Made by a program: the position numbers and the translations under genes | Notes under the pieces: model-generated | Seen by the model: only the letters and a program-made list of their open reading frames with translations | What the model was told of the DNA's origin: nothing | Databases searched by the model: none | Shown: positions 49,331-58,582 of the stretch, piece by piece | Layout of the letters: each line of letters starts with the position of its first letter | How positions within the stretch are numbered: position 1 is the first letter of the stretch | From: Mesotaenium endlicherianum | Taxonomy: Eukaryota | NCBI GenBank assembly: GCA_009602735.1 | Contig: WELA01000232.1 | Coordinates: 1 to 64,000, forward strand | Direction of reading: 5' to 3' | DNA length: 64,000 nucleotides

Positions 49331-49837
49331 TTAGGTAAGAATTAGTGAAATAGACGGGATATCAGCAAATATTACCCTATTCAATAGATTCACTCTTACG
49401 CAGACCACCTTTCTATTACTAACTTTATGTATTTCACCCTTTAATCCGCATAAAGGGCCATTAGCAATAGTAATCTTCTGACCTAAAGAAAGTGTGCCGC
49501 TAAAAATACTGAGGTTGCTTCCATTACATGTGATCAAGCGAATATTATTAATAACATTTTCTGAAATGGTCGCAAATTCATTACCAAATTTGACGAACAT
49601 ACATACTCCTTCTATACTCTTTACTCTGTAGAAAGTAGCAATGTCCTCGATAAGTACAAAGATGTACGAAGGGAAAAGTGGCCTGTCGGTGATTTTTTTT
49701 CGATCGTGCCATTGACACACCACTTTCTCTTTAGGCAGCAAATACGCGGTTCCCTCTTCACTTAACTGATTAGCTACTTTATTTTCTTGTTTCGCCTTAG
49801 TGTAAATAACGTACCAGGCCGGAATGAATTTTTTCAT
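49331..49837 (-). CDS. UpxY/LoaP/RfaH-type NusG-paralogue transcription antiterminator
   Basis: WYVIYTK..QE.KV, WHDRKK....PLFPSYIFV (NGN domain); KOW motif GQKITIANGPLCGLKG; first gene of the operon. Confidence 0.92.
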   Translation of the reverse strand: MKKFIPAWYVIYTKAKQENKVANQLSEEGTAYLLPKEKVVCQWHDRKKITDRPLFPSYIFVLIEDIATFYRVKSIEGVCMFVKFGNEFATISENVINNIRLITCNGSNLSIFSGTLSLGQKITIANGPLCGLKGEIHKVSNRKVVCVRVNLLNRVIFADIPSISLILT

Positions 49838-49865
49838 TACATTAAGGTTTGGCTAGGGAAAAATT

Positions 49866-50069
49866 CCAGTACGCATAGCTGTCGCTACAGTTACTAACAA
49901 TACTTGTACACTGTGTTTATTTGTGGAAAGAGTCAGAAACTGATACAGCACATATAACTGTCACTGCAGCTATTAATAACATTTGCTACAATGTACCTTT
50001 TTAAAAGGGGGGAGTTGATACAGCACGTATAGCTATCGCTACAGCTACTAACAATACTTGCTTGCTGTG
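49866..50069 (-). repeat. three imperfect ~50-nt direct repeats, each a hairpin with ops-like CTGTAGCG core
   Basis: Units at ~49866-49915, 49941-49995, 50016-50069; periods 79 and 75 nt. Confidence 0.85.
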
Positions 50070-50355
50070 TTTAGATCGTAGCTAACAGGGTTCTTTATAA
50101 AGGATTTGGATTTATTCGCCGCAACAAAGAATATACGGACAGGAAATACAATAATGTATTATTTAAATAATATATATCTATTCCTACGATTCAAAATATT
50201 CAACACGCTATTAAAGCTTTCTTTCAATCTTTTTAAATGTCTCTTTTATTGAATGTTTTATTCGGTAATACACACTCTTCAATCTACTTCCTTTTAATCT
50301 TCGCTTTCTTACGCATTGAAAAACAGCTATGATTTAAAGGCTTGTAATGATAATC

Positions 50356-50392
50356 CAAATTTAAAGAGATTAGCTGTTAAAAAAACTCAAGA
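50356..50392 (-). promoter_or_regulatory. candidate Bacteroidetes sigma-A promoter for the biosynthetic operon
   Basis: TAAATTTG (TAnnTTTG -7 element) at 50363-50356 on the minus strand, with TTG upstream. Confidence 0.4.
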
Positions 50393-50584
50393 GGGTGGAT
50401 TATCACCCTCACGTAAGAAAAATAAAAATTGGCAACTCACTTAAAGAATTATTTTTTAACTTGTAATACGGCTTGAGTAAGTCATAATTTGCCTGACCGA
50501 ATCAAGTTCCCCCACACAAAGTCTATCTAATGTTAATGCACACCTTTCTTTTGAAGAGGAGGGGGAAAAATTGTATTTGAGAGG

Positions 50585-51226
50585 ATGGTAAAGTTGGCAA
50601 TTTGTGACGATCACATGTTATTCAACGATGGGCTAGCAAAGATAGTTCAGGAAATAGAAAATTGCCAAGTAATTAGTACAGCATTCCAAGGAGCTGAATT
50701 AATCGAAAAAATAAGAAATAAGAAGATACCGGATATTGTCCTACTTGATATCCACATGCCGCCTGGTATCAATGGTTATCAAGTAGTAAAATACTGCAAG
50801 GAACATTTCCCATCCATCAAATTTATAGCTCTTACATTTTTTATCGATTCCGAAGCAATATTGGGAATGATAAAGGTTGGCGCTAATGGCTTTATTTCAA
50901 AAGGTGCTTCGAAAGAGATTCTAATCAAAGCCATAAGCGAAGTTTCAAGAGGAAATTTTTTCTTGGACCCTAACATTGATAAAAGCCTTTTACCTGCGTC
51001 TTTGTCATCAGATTCGCAAAAACATGGTATCGATTCCTTAACTCATCGCGAATTAGACCTAGTCAAGTTAATGTGTACCGACAAACCATACAAACAAATC
51101 GCGAATGAATTAAAAATTTCACCAAATACTGTTGAAAATATTCGTATCAGAATTTTTAAAAAAATAGGAGCAAAAACCAGAACGGAGGCTGCTCTGTTTT
51201 TTTCTAAAACCGGGCTTCTGGGTTGA
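50585..51226 (+). CDS. NarL/LuxR-family response regulator
   Basis: ICDDH, LLDIHMP, GFISK receiver domain; LTHRELDLVKL...IANELKISPNTVEN HTH; divergent from the operon. Confidence 0.93.
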   Translation: MVKLAICDDHMLFNDGLAKIVQEIENCQVISTAFQGAELIEKIRNKKIPDIVLLDIHMPPGINGYQVVKYCKEHFPSIKFIALTFFIDSEAILGMIKVGANGFISKGASKEILIKAISEVSRGNFFLDPNIDKSLLPASLSSDSQKHGIDSLTHRELDLVKLMCTDKPYKQIANELKISPNTVENIRIRIFKKIGAKTRTEAALFFSKTGLLG

Positions 51227-51282
51227 CCCTTAAAGCGGCCTGTCGTTAATTAAGAATTGTCAACGATATCTGCTGTATTGAA

Positions 51283-51537
51283 TTATATCACCTTTCCGCT
51301 ATTACGGATGATATATGCCGCATCAATCAGCTTTTCCATTCTTTCATACAAATCCGTAATCATTGCTTTTTCTTCCATTTCAAGTGATGTACTAAAATTT
51401 TTGCAGAATGTACTTTTAATCCATACCCACAACAGCTCTTTTATCTTTGAGTGAGGATATGAACAAAAAAAGTCTGATAGAACTATATAGGGGTTCTGAA
51501 TCTCTTCTTCGGACAACTTGTATTTATAAGCGTTCAT
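51283..51537 (-). CDS. small hypothetical protein (same family as 52210-52377 and 62423-62683)
   Basis: LSEEEIQNPYIVLSDFF...LYERMEKLIDAAYII, shared with the paralogues in this window. Confidence 0.7.
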   Translation of the reverse strand: MNAYKYKLSEEEIQNPYIVLSDFFCSYPHSKIKELLWVWIKSTFCKNFSTSLEMEEKAMITDLYERMEKLIDAAYIIRNSGKVI

Positions 51538-51720
51538 TGTGATTGACTTTTTTGGTTGACAAACCTATTGAAGGGAAGCCAACAAAGATCAGGTATAAAT
51601 ACCTGATCTTTGTATCATGCCGTAATTTGTTATTTTCCGTTGTATTCGTAAAAAATTACCCGCAAGTGATTGATCGGAACAATCACTTGACCTACATTGG
51701 TCCGGCATAAACAAAGAAAA

Positions 51721-51951
51721 ATGGAAAAAGATAAAATTGACCTTTATGTAATCGAGAAAGTCAAAAAGAGAAGACTCAAAATGGGTATATCCCAAGCAGG
51801 CCTAGCCGATGCGTTGGGCATGTCAGTCGGTTTTATAGGGAAAATTGAATGCTCCAACTACCCTACCCATTACAACCTCAAGCATCTGAACGACATCGCA
51901 AAAGTGCTGAAATGCAGTCCACAGGATTTCTTCTCCAAGAAACCGTTATGA
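51721..51951 (+). CDS. XRE-family HTH regulator
   Basis: VKKRRLKMGISQAGLADALGMSVGFIGKIE; paralogue of 2464-2706. Confidence 0.9.
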   Translation: MEKDKIDLYVIEKVKKRRLKMGISQAGLADALGMSVGFIGKIECSNYPTHYNLKHLNDIAKVLKCSPQDFFSKKPL

Positions 51952-52209
51952 CTTGGCGGATCTAAAGCCGGCACCACCAACATATCTTAGAAAACTCTAA
52001 ATAACCGTGAGAAGAATTGTCAGGCAATGCTGTAAATGCCGGCATCACCTGAGGGGTATAAGACCAAGCATGTACGGATGATTTTAGGGTGCTCTATAAA
52101 TAAGCTTGTTTTGTAAGCACCCCGATTCTCGAATAGTTTTTCTGTGAAGAATATAATTGATGTACTCGATTTTGTACCTTACCTGCATAATCCGATTGCT
52201 TTGACCACT

Positions 52210-52377
52210 CTATTCCGATTCTAACGATGTATTGAAATTTCCGCAGAATGTACTTTTCGTCCACTCCCTTAACAGCTCCTTTATCTTTGAGTGAGGAAAC
52301 GAACAAAACAGGTCTGAAAGAACGAGATGGGAGTTCTGAATTTCTTCTGTTGACAGGTTGTATTTACCAGCGTTCAT
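52210..52377 (-). pseudogene. truncated second copy of the 51283-51537 hypothetical gene
   Basis: MNAGKYNLSTEEIQNSHLVLSDLF...; similarity ends at ~52226. Confidence 0.7.
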
Positions 52378-52559
52378 TGTGATTGACATTTTAGCTGACA
52401 AATATATTCAAAGAGAAGCCACCCAAGATTAGGTATAAATACCTGGTTTTACATCATGCCGTCATTTGTTGTTTTCCATCATATTCTTAAAAGCTTACCC
52501 ACAAGTGATTGATTGGAACAATCACTTGACCTACATTAGTCTGGCATAAACAAAGAAAA

Positions 52560-52712
52560 ATGGAAAAAGACAAAATTGATCTTTATGTAATCGAGAAAGT
52601 CAAAAAGAGAAGGCTCGAAATGGGTATATCCCAAGCGGGTCTGGCCGATGCATTGGGCATGTCAGTCGGTTTTATTGGGAAAATCGAAAGCCCCAACTAC
52701 CCTACTCATTAC
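52560..52712 (+). pseudogene. frameshifted, truncated second copy of the XRE HTH gene
   Basis: MEKDKIDLYVIEKVKKRRLEMGISQ...; extra T near 52672 and loss of similarity after 52712. Confidence 0.75.
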
Positions 52713-53265
52713 TGACACTCAATCAAGTTGGGTAATTACTAGCCCTAGAAATTTTATCGACTTTTCCAAATATGGCTTATCTCTTGAATTCAAGTATTCT
52801 AAATTAAAATGGGTGGATCATTATAGTGGAATCTTCTTGTACAATTCGTATATTCAGTCCCACTTTCCATTAGTGGAAAATACCAACAAGTGGGGTAGTT
52901 ACTTATCGTCAAATAATACATTCTTCCTTAAATATGACAAAACGATTGCTTCAATTCTTAACGTTTGGTACCAATTGCCAGAATTAACGCAGATGGGCAT
53001 AACAAGTTCATATTATAAAATGGATATTGGGGCGTCTTTATCTGTTCCAAAAAAAAATATGCAAATCACCCTTGTTTTGAACGATGCCTTCCGAAGCAGC
53101 GCAAATTCAATCAGTACCATTGTCGCCGGAATTAAGCAGACATACTATACTTTTCAATTAAATCGATTTTTACAACTGTCAGTGAAATATCATTTAGGAG
53201 GGAAATCGAGGCCTAAACTCGATGATAGAAAAAATATTAGCGAAGAAAAAGAAAGAGTCAAATGA
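52713..53265 (+). pseudogene. C-terminal fragment of a TonB-dependent receptor/outer membrane beta-barrel
   Basis: Alternating beta-strand pattern; NDAFRS...RFLQLSVKYHLG...EEKERVK ending resembles 9483-11906; no N-terminus. Confidence 0.7.
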
Positions 53266-53395
53266 CATCAATAGTATACTCAAAAAAGTATTTAGCTCAT
53301 CCTATGACTCATCTCTCCTTTATCAATGAATACCCATCCAATCTTTTAAAATTTATTCCATTCTAATTACCGACATTACACAAATATTTGCGCCA

Positions 53396-54622
53396 ATGAA
53401 AAATGAAATTATTAAAAGGTCTGTCGTACGATATATTAATTCAGAAAATCGAGAAATTAAATTCAACAACGGTAAAGGATGTTATGTATACACTGACCAT
53501 GGGCAAAAATATTCAGATTTTGTGCTAGGTTATGGGCCGGTGGTGCTAGGACACTCGAATGAACAATTCAATGAAAGAATTTTAACATTGCTCCCCGAAG
53601 GAATTCATTTTCCGGGATTCAGTGTTCATCATGATGCATACCTTAAAGCGTTGTTTCATAATATGAAGGTAACAGACGACTTATTGACAATTTTTATGAA
53701 GACGTCTTCAGAGTCTAATACAGGGGCAATGCGTATCGCCGCTGAAGCGACTAAACGAAAAGGAGTCATTAGATGTGGTTTCACTGGATGGCACGATGCT
53801 CAATATGCCAGTTCAGTTCCTTGGCATTTTCCACCCGCATTCAGAAATACTGTTAGAAACATCGGGAACATGAGAGGCATCAGTAACGAAGAAGAGGTTT
53901 TTAACTGGGATACCTTGCAGACTACCCAACTTGAAGAACTGCTGAAATTGAAAAGTCATCAGATTTCTTCTCTGATCTTTGATTCGTATCAATTGTCTTT
54001 TATTACTGAAGACGATTTAAGACAGGCAATCTGCCTTTGCCGCAAATACGATATTCTAATCATTTTAGACGAAACTAAGTCTGCAGGTCGAGTAGGACCT
54101 CTTGGTTGTTTAGGTCAGGAAACTGAACTATGGGACATGCTAGTGACTGGAAAGGCAATTGCCAACGGCGCGCCGTTAAGTTTGCTGATAGTAAAAGAGC
54201 ATCTACGCGAGGCCACCATAAAAGCGCAAGTTGGTGGCACGCATTCGAAGGAAGTTATGTCAATATACTGTGCATTAACCACCTTGGAAATAATGAATGA
54301 ATCTAACGGATATGCGACGCTCAGAACCATTGGCGAAAGGACCTCAACAATATTTAATGAAATTGTGCATGAGTGTGGGTTGAACGAGCTTATAAAAATG
54401 TCTCCCATCCTGGGGGGAGCTTTAGTTGATATCACATTAGCCGATAGGTTATACAATAACCCTCAAACATTGAAATTGCTTCAAACATTTTTTTTAGATA
54501 ATTCTATCTTGCTTCTGGTTGGTCATCCTTCTTTCATCTCCTTAGCGCATAGCGGAATGGATTGGAACGAATGGCGTTCGCAGATATTCAAATCCTTAGC
54601 TAAATGGAAAAAAGTGCTTTGA
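53396..54622 (+). CDS. class III PLP-dependent aminotransferase (glutamate-1-semialdehyde aminomutase-like)
   Basis: GKGCYVYTDHGQKYSDFVLGYGPVVLGH, GFTGWHD, ILDETK, GKAIANGAPLS, GGT. Confidence 0.88.
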   Translation: MKNEIIKRSVVRYINSENREIKFNNGKGCYVYTDHGQKYSDFVLGYGPVVLGHSNEQFNERILTLLPEGIHFPGFSVHHDAYLKALFHNMKVTDDLLTIFMKTSSESNTGAMRIAAEATKRKGVIRCGFTGWHDAQYASSVPWHFPPAFRNTVRNIGNMRGISNEEEVFNWDTLQTTQLEELLKLKSHQISSLIFDSYQLSFITEDDLRQAICLCRKYDILIILDETKSAGRVGPLGCLGQETELWDMLVTGKAIANGAPLSLLIVKEHLREATIKAQVGGTHSKEVMSIYCALTTLEIMNESNGYATLRTIGERTSTIFNEIVHECGLNELIKMSPILGGALVDITLADRLYNNPQTLKLLQTFFLDNSILLLVGHPSFISLAHSGMDWNEWRSQIFKSLAKWKKVL

Positions 54623-54819
54623 AAATGATTAAGCAATGCTATGGCATTCAACGAAATATCGACGAGAACGCTGATGGATTTCGGTGTAATTTCATAAAAA
54701 ACTGATCAACTATAATACAATTCGTGCGAAAGTGTCGGTGTAAATCGTCAGCAAAATCTGGACTGAAAGTTATCTAAATTTATGGACAGTTTCCATTGTT
54801 AACCTTAAACCCAAGAAGT

Positions 54820-55173
54820 ATGGAAACGAATCAAAAACAGTCCACAGAGAACTTCATCAAGGAGGTACGTCGTAAAACCCGTAGGCAGTTTACCTCCGAA
54901 CAAAAGATCCTGATTGTAATGGAAGCTATGCGTGGAGAATTATCTACGGCCGCCATTTGCCGCAAGTATGGCATTAACAACAACCTGTTCTACAAATGGA
55001 ACAAGGAGTTCATGGAAGCCGGCAAGAAACGCTTACACGGGGACAGCGAACGTCAGGCGACTACCGATGAAGTAACAGAATTACGTAAGGAAAACCAACG
55101 GCTTAAAGAGATGGTGGCCGATCTGATGCTGAAGTATGATTTTGTAAAAAAAAGCTTGTCCATGCTGGAATAA
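54820..55173 (+). CDS. IS3-family transposase OrfA
   Basis: RRQFTSEQKILIV...AAICRKYGINNNLFYKWNKEF HTH; coiled coil ELRKENQRLK. Confidence 0.9.
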   Translation: METNQKQSTENFIKEVRRKTRRQFTSEQKILIVMEAMRGELSTAAICRKYGINNNLFYKWNKEFMEAGKKRLHGDSERQATTDEVTELRKENQRLKEMVADLMLKYDFVKKSLSMLE

Positions 55174-55193
55174 GCGACAAATACCAAAAGCAT

Positions 55194-55658
55194 ATGCGAC
55201 TGAATCCATCGGAAAAACTGGAGATCATCCATCTGGTAGAAGGGTCTGATCTTAGCGTAAACAGAACGCTGCGGCAGCTGGGGATTAATAAGAGTACCTT
55301 TTACAACTGGTACCACCTCTATGAACAAAAAGGCCCGGAAGGATTGTATCCCCTGCCAGCCAGTACCCGTCAGCAATGGAACAGTATCCCGCAGCAGCAA
55401 AAGAACCTGGTGGTGGAACTGGCTTTGGAATATCCTGAACTGTCTCCAAGAGAACTGGCCTGCAGGCTCTGCGATGCCCAGCAGCTATTTATCTCTGAGA
55501 GTAGTGTTTACCGCATACTCAAAGCCAAGGGGCTGGTTACCACACCTAATCATATCCTGATGGCGGCAGGCAATGAGTTTGACCAGAAAACGATGTTTGT
55601 TCATCAGATGTGGCAGACCGACTTTACATATTTTAAGATCCTGGGATGGGGTTGGTAG
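55194..55658 (+). pseudogene. IS3-family transposase OrfB, truncated
   Basis: HTH, ISESSVYRILK, WQTDFTY; integrase core cut off. Confidence 0.85.
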
Positions 55659-56266
55659 ATGCGTCAGATGACTCTTCCTATGAAAGTAGCAGCAAATCGA
55701 TTTTCGAAGAAGCTGAGATTTTGAACACCAAAGCACTTCAGCGAATACAAATGAGACTACAGACTGTCTCAAATAGCAAAAACATTGAAGTACAGTTCAG
55801 TACGTCATTGGAACCAAACCCCGGAGATAATTACGCCATTGTGAGTGGGGATGATTCGGTATGGGTGAATGGCGTTCTTTTTAAGCTTTCTGAATGTATT
55901 AATTCAGCACAGGAACAGCCCTCCATCGTTAAGCATTTGGGCACTCTCCAAACAATAACTGTGATAACTTTCCTTATTATCTACTTTCGTATCTGGTATG
56001 ACAACGTTGAAAAATTAAACAATGACTGGATAAGGCTACTTTTTTTTGTTGTTCTTCCTTTTATAATACTCCTCCTCTCAATTGAGTTAGTCAAGTACTT
56101 GAAAAGCATGTGGCCTGACATGGAACTTCAAACTGGTCCAAACTATTCTCAGATACCTTCAAAAAAAAGAGAGAAAGTCAAATGGATAGTAACAATAATT
56201 GTAGTACCGCTTCTAGTTGGGTTTGTATATGACATATTGAAGAATTGGCTTCGATTGTTCAAATAA
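55659..56266 (+). pseudogene. 5'-truncated hypothetical membrane protein fused at the IS3 deletion junction
   Basis: Long open frame with three hydrophobic segments; the apparent start lies inside IS sequence. Confidence 0.55.
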
Positions 56267-56297
56267 CCGTTGTTTAACTATCACCTATATTGCAACC

Positions 56298-56430
56298 ATG
56301 AACGAAGATCTGAGCGGTGCACTGAGCGGTGCACTGAGCAGGAATACGACGCAGTTGGTGAAGGCCATTACCCCTTTCAGCTACGAGGCCTTTAATTGCA
56401 GGCCGCCGGAGGGTGGTTGGACCGCTGGCA
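56298..56430 (+). pseudogene. DinB-family gene, N-terminal fragment
   Basis: FSYEAFNCRPPEGGWTAG is the DinB N-terminal motif; breaks before the expected QxxEHL. Confidence 0.65.
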
Positions 56431-56548
56431 TACCGGTAAGTTCCTTTCATGAATCGGATCATTGTTACTACATGCAAAACATAGCAAATTAAAAATCAAA
56501 GAAATATTGATTAAAACTTCCGAACTTACCTTCTTTGGACGGTAAATT

Positions 56549-57895
56549 TTGCCAGCCATTCATATGCATCGGATGATCAAACCATTCATCGAACATAGCA
56601 CGGCCAACGAAGACATCCTTCTCTACGAAGGAGATATGACTTTTTATACAGGATTTGGCATGTTTCCGGAATTGAAGTGCACGGGTAAAGCCGTCTACGA
56701 GTGGCTACCCTTCCCGCGGGTGATGTATTATTTCCAGAAATACGATGTCCATGGCTTGATCATTTCCGAGGAGCAGAAAATATTTCATAAACCGCTTGCG
56801 GCGCGGACGGTAATTCATACACTTCATGAAACTGCGCTTCATAGTGTTGAAGCATACATTGACTCCTATGAAACGGGCGACAGGTACAAACAATTTGATT
56901 TTCTGCAATACCGATTAGCCAACCTCTTCGGGTTTGGTTTTGCGAAAAACGAAAAGCGTGATATCACCGAAGAGCAGGACTACTTCATAACATTCACGAT
57001 CAATGACTATGAATTGTCGCTTCAGCATTTTATGCATGAGGCAAAAACACAATCGATTATTAGGGGTGGTTTTATGTTGACAGGCGCGGTGGAAATCAGA
57101 AAGACGGGAAAAAAGATATCGCTAAGTGAGGCTGATGAATTGATGGAGATATTCAGGAAGTACCTGTCTTTTTTTAACGGCCACATGATTACTCCTGCCA
57201 TCGTTTCAGGTGTAGTGGAAAATCAGGTTACATACCAATCCTTTCGCTCAATACATGATGCTGAAAGTTTCTCACCTACCATGTCATGGTTGCCTCGATA
57301 TGCCCATAAAAAGCAGCTTGACGCAAGTTGGAAGAAATTTTATGCTTTTTACCAGACCAAGAATGAAAAAGATTGCCTTGAATTGGTCATACATTGGTAT
57401 CTGGTCAGTTTATATACAAAAAGTGGCGTAGAAGCGTCGCTGGTTTTAATTCAGAACGCACTTGAACTGTTGTGTTCCTGGATATTGGTCGAGCGGGAAT
57501 TTATATTAGATAAAAATGACAATGACATTTCAGCGGCCTCTAAAATTAATATACTCTTGACTTGGGCTGGTATTCTCAACAAAATTCCAGATGCATTGAA
57601 GCACTTGACTGGGTTTGCAAATTCTAATAATATTTTATCAGGACCTGAAGCCATTACACATATCCGGAACAAAATGGTTCACCCGGATTTGAAAAACAGG
57701 AAACGGTACAGAGAATTTACTTTCCCGGTTAAATATGAAGCATTGCAGATGGCATTGAATTATTGTGAACTGGTATTGCTTCGGTTATTAGAGTATAATG
57801 ACGGGTATCGTAGTCGTATCAATAGAAATGCTATCAGCGACAAAATTGGCGCAGATCCTTTCGTTCCGTGGAACAAGGAAGAAAAGGTTGATTGA
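56549..57895 (+). CDS. ApeA/YopA-like protein with C-terminal HEPN domain (putative anti-phage RNase)
   Basis: Beta-rich N-terminus; YLSFFNG; LVIHWYL..; QNALELL; HIRNKMVHP (RxxxxH). Confidence 0.65.
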   Translation: MPAIHMHRMIKPFIEHSTANEDILLYEGDMTFYTGFGMFPELKCTGKAVYEWLPFPRVMYYFQKYDVHGLIISEEQKIFHKPLAARTVIHTLHETALHSVEAYIDSYETGDRYKQFDFLQYRLANLFGFGFAKNEKRDITEEQDYFITFTINDYELSLQHFMHEAKTQSIIRGGFMLTGAVEIRKTGKKISLSEADELMEIFRKYLSFFNGHMITPAIVSGVVENQVTYQSFRSIHDAESFSPTMSWLPRYAHKKQLDASWKKFYAFYQTKNEKDCLELVIHWYLVSLYTKSGVEASLVLIQNALELLCSWILVEREFILDKNDNDISAASKINILLTWAGILNKIPDALKHLTGFANSNNILSGPEAITHIRNKMVHPDLKNRKRYREFTFPVKYEALQMALNYCELVLLRLLEYNDGYRSRINRNAISDKIGADPFVPWNKEEKVD

Positions 57896-57901
57896 GATTT
57901 T

Positions 57902-58276
57902 TTATGCGATTTGCTGAAAACGATCAATGATCTGTTTAAGCCTTTCCCTTTGAATGGGCAAAAAACGAAACCGCTCATCAATGACTTTGTGAAGAAGGGG
58001 CTTGGATACGGAGCTTGCGTTTAACAAAAAATATTTATTCAACAACCATACGGCAGCCGTATCCCGTTTGTCCATTAAATTATTACTGAAGAGTGCCTGC
58101 AGGAAATCTCCTGCTACCACAGCTTTAACGGCTGGATTTTGCTCTGTAACAAGTGTTGACACGCCACGTTCCGAAAAAATGCCTGGAGTAAACCCATCGG
58201 CATCGAGACATTCGTAGATAACTTCTCCTGTGACAGACAACTCTTTATAGTTGTGCTGGATGAGTTTCGCGGTCAT
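57902..58276 (-). CDS. hypothetical protein (possibly a gene fragment)
   Basis: 124-aa ORF convergent with the HEPN gene; start next to the 58290 junction. Confidence 0.45.
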   Translation of the reverse strand: MTAKLIQHNYKELSVTGEVIYECLDADGFTPGIFSERGVSTLVTEQNPAVKAVVAGDFLQALFSNNLMDKRDTAAVWLLNKYFLLNASSVSKPLLHKVIDERFRFLPIQRERLKQIIDRFQQIA

Positions 58277-58293
58277 TCTGCTCCAGGTATGCC

Positions 58294-58575
58294 GGCCTCA
58301 GTGACCCAACCCGCAAATTCACCGCCCTCGCCTTCATCCTGCCCACCGAAACGGCCAAGGAAGCTGGAGCGATGGCCGACCGCATATTGAGCCAGCGCCG
58401 CCTGATTGCGCAAATGTCCCTGAAGCAGGACATGAATCGATTGTATTCATTGTACCCCCACCCCGCCATCGGCCTGATGACCGGTACCGAATGGATTCAA
58501 TTTCTGATCTTGCACGCCGAAAGGCATTTAAAACAGTTATCAGGTTTTTTGACACAAAAATCAACTGTCAAATAG
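58294..58575 (+). pseudogene. DinB-family gene, C-terminal fragment
   Basis: LSDPTRKFTALAFILPT...HPAIGLMTGTEWIQFLILHAERHLKQL (HxxRH metal motif). Confidence 0.7.
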
Positions 58576-58582
58576 ATTATAC

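Larger units (their letters stand above)
51386..52712. repeat. diverged ~490-bp direct duplication (51386-51873 vs 52226-52712)
   Basis: Both copies contain the hypothetical gene 5' part, the intergenic region and the HTH gene 5' part; offset ~840 nt. Confidence 0.9.
54739..55658 (+). mobile_element. truncated IS3-family element (left end, orfA, 5' half of orfB)
   Basis: Starts TGTAAATCGTCAGCAAAATCTGGAC; A8G frameshift window at 55146-55154; orfB stops at WQTDFTYFKILGWGW before the 2nd and 3rd catalytic residues; no right IR. Confidence 0.85.

Noticed and set aside
49866..50069. CRISPR array interpretation of the three spaced repeats
   Set aside because: Only three units, ~50 nt and clearly diverged, with short low-complexity spacers and no cas genes; position and covariation fit a cis-regulatory leader better
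56310..56339. 12-bp tandem duplication CTGAGCGGTGCA in the dinB fragment
   Set aside because: Local slippage in a pseudogene; not a target-site duplication of any visible element
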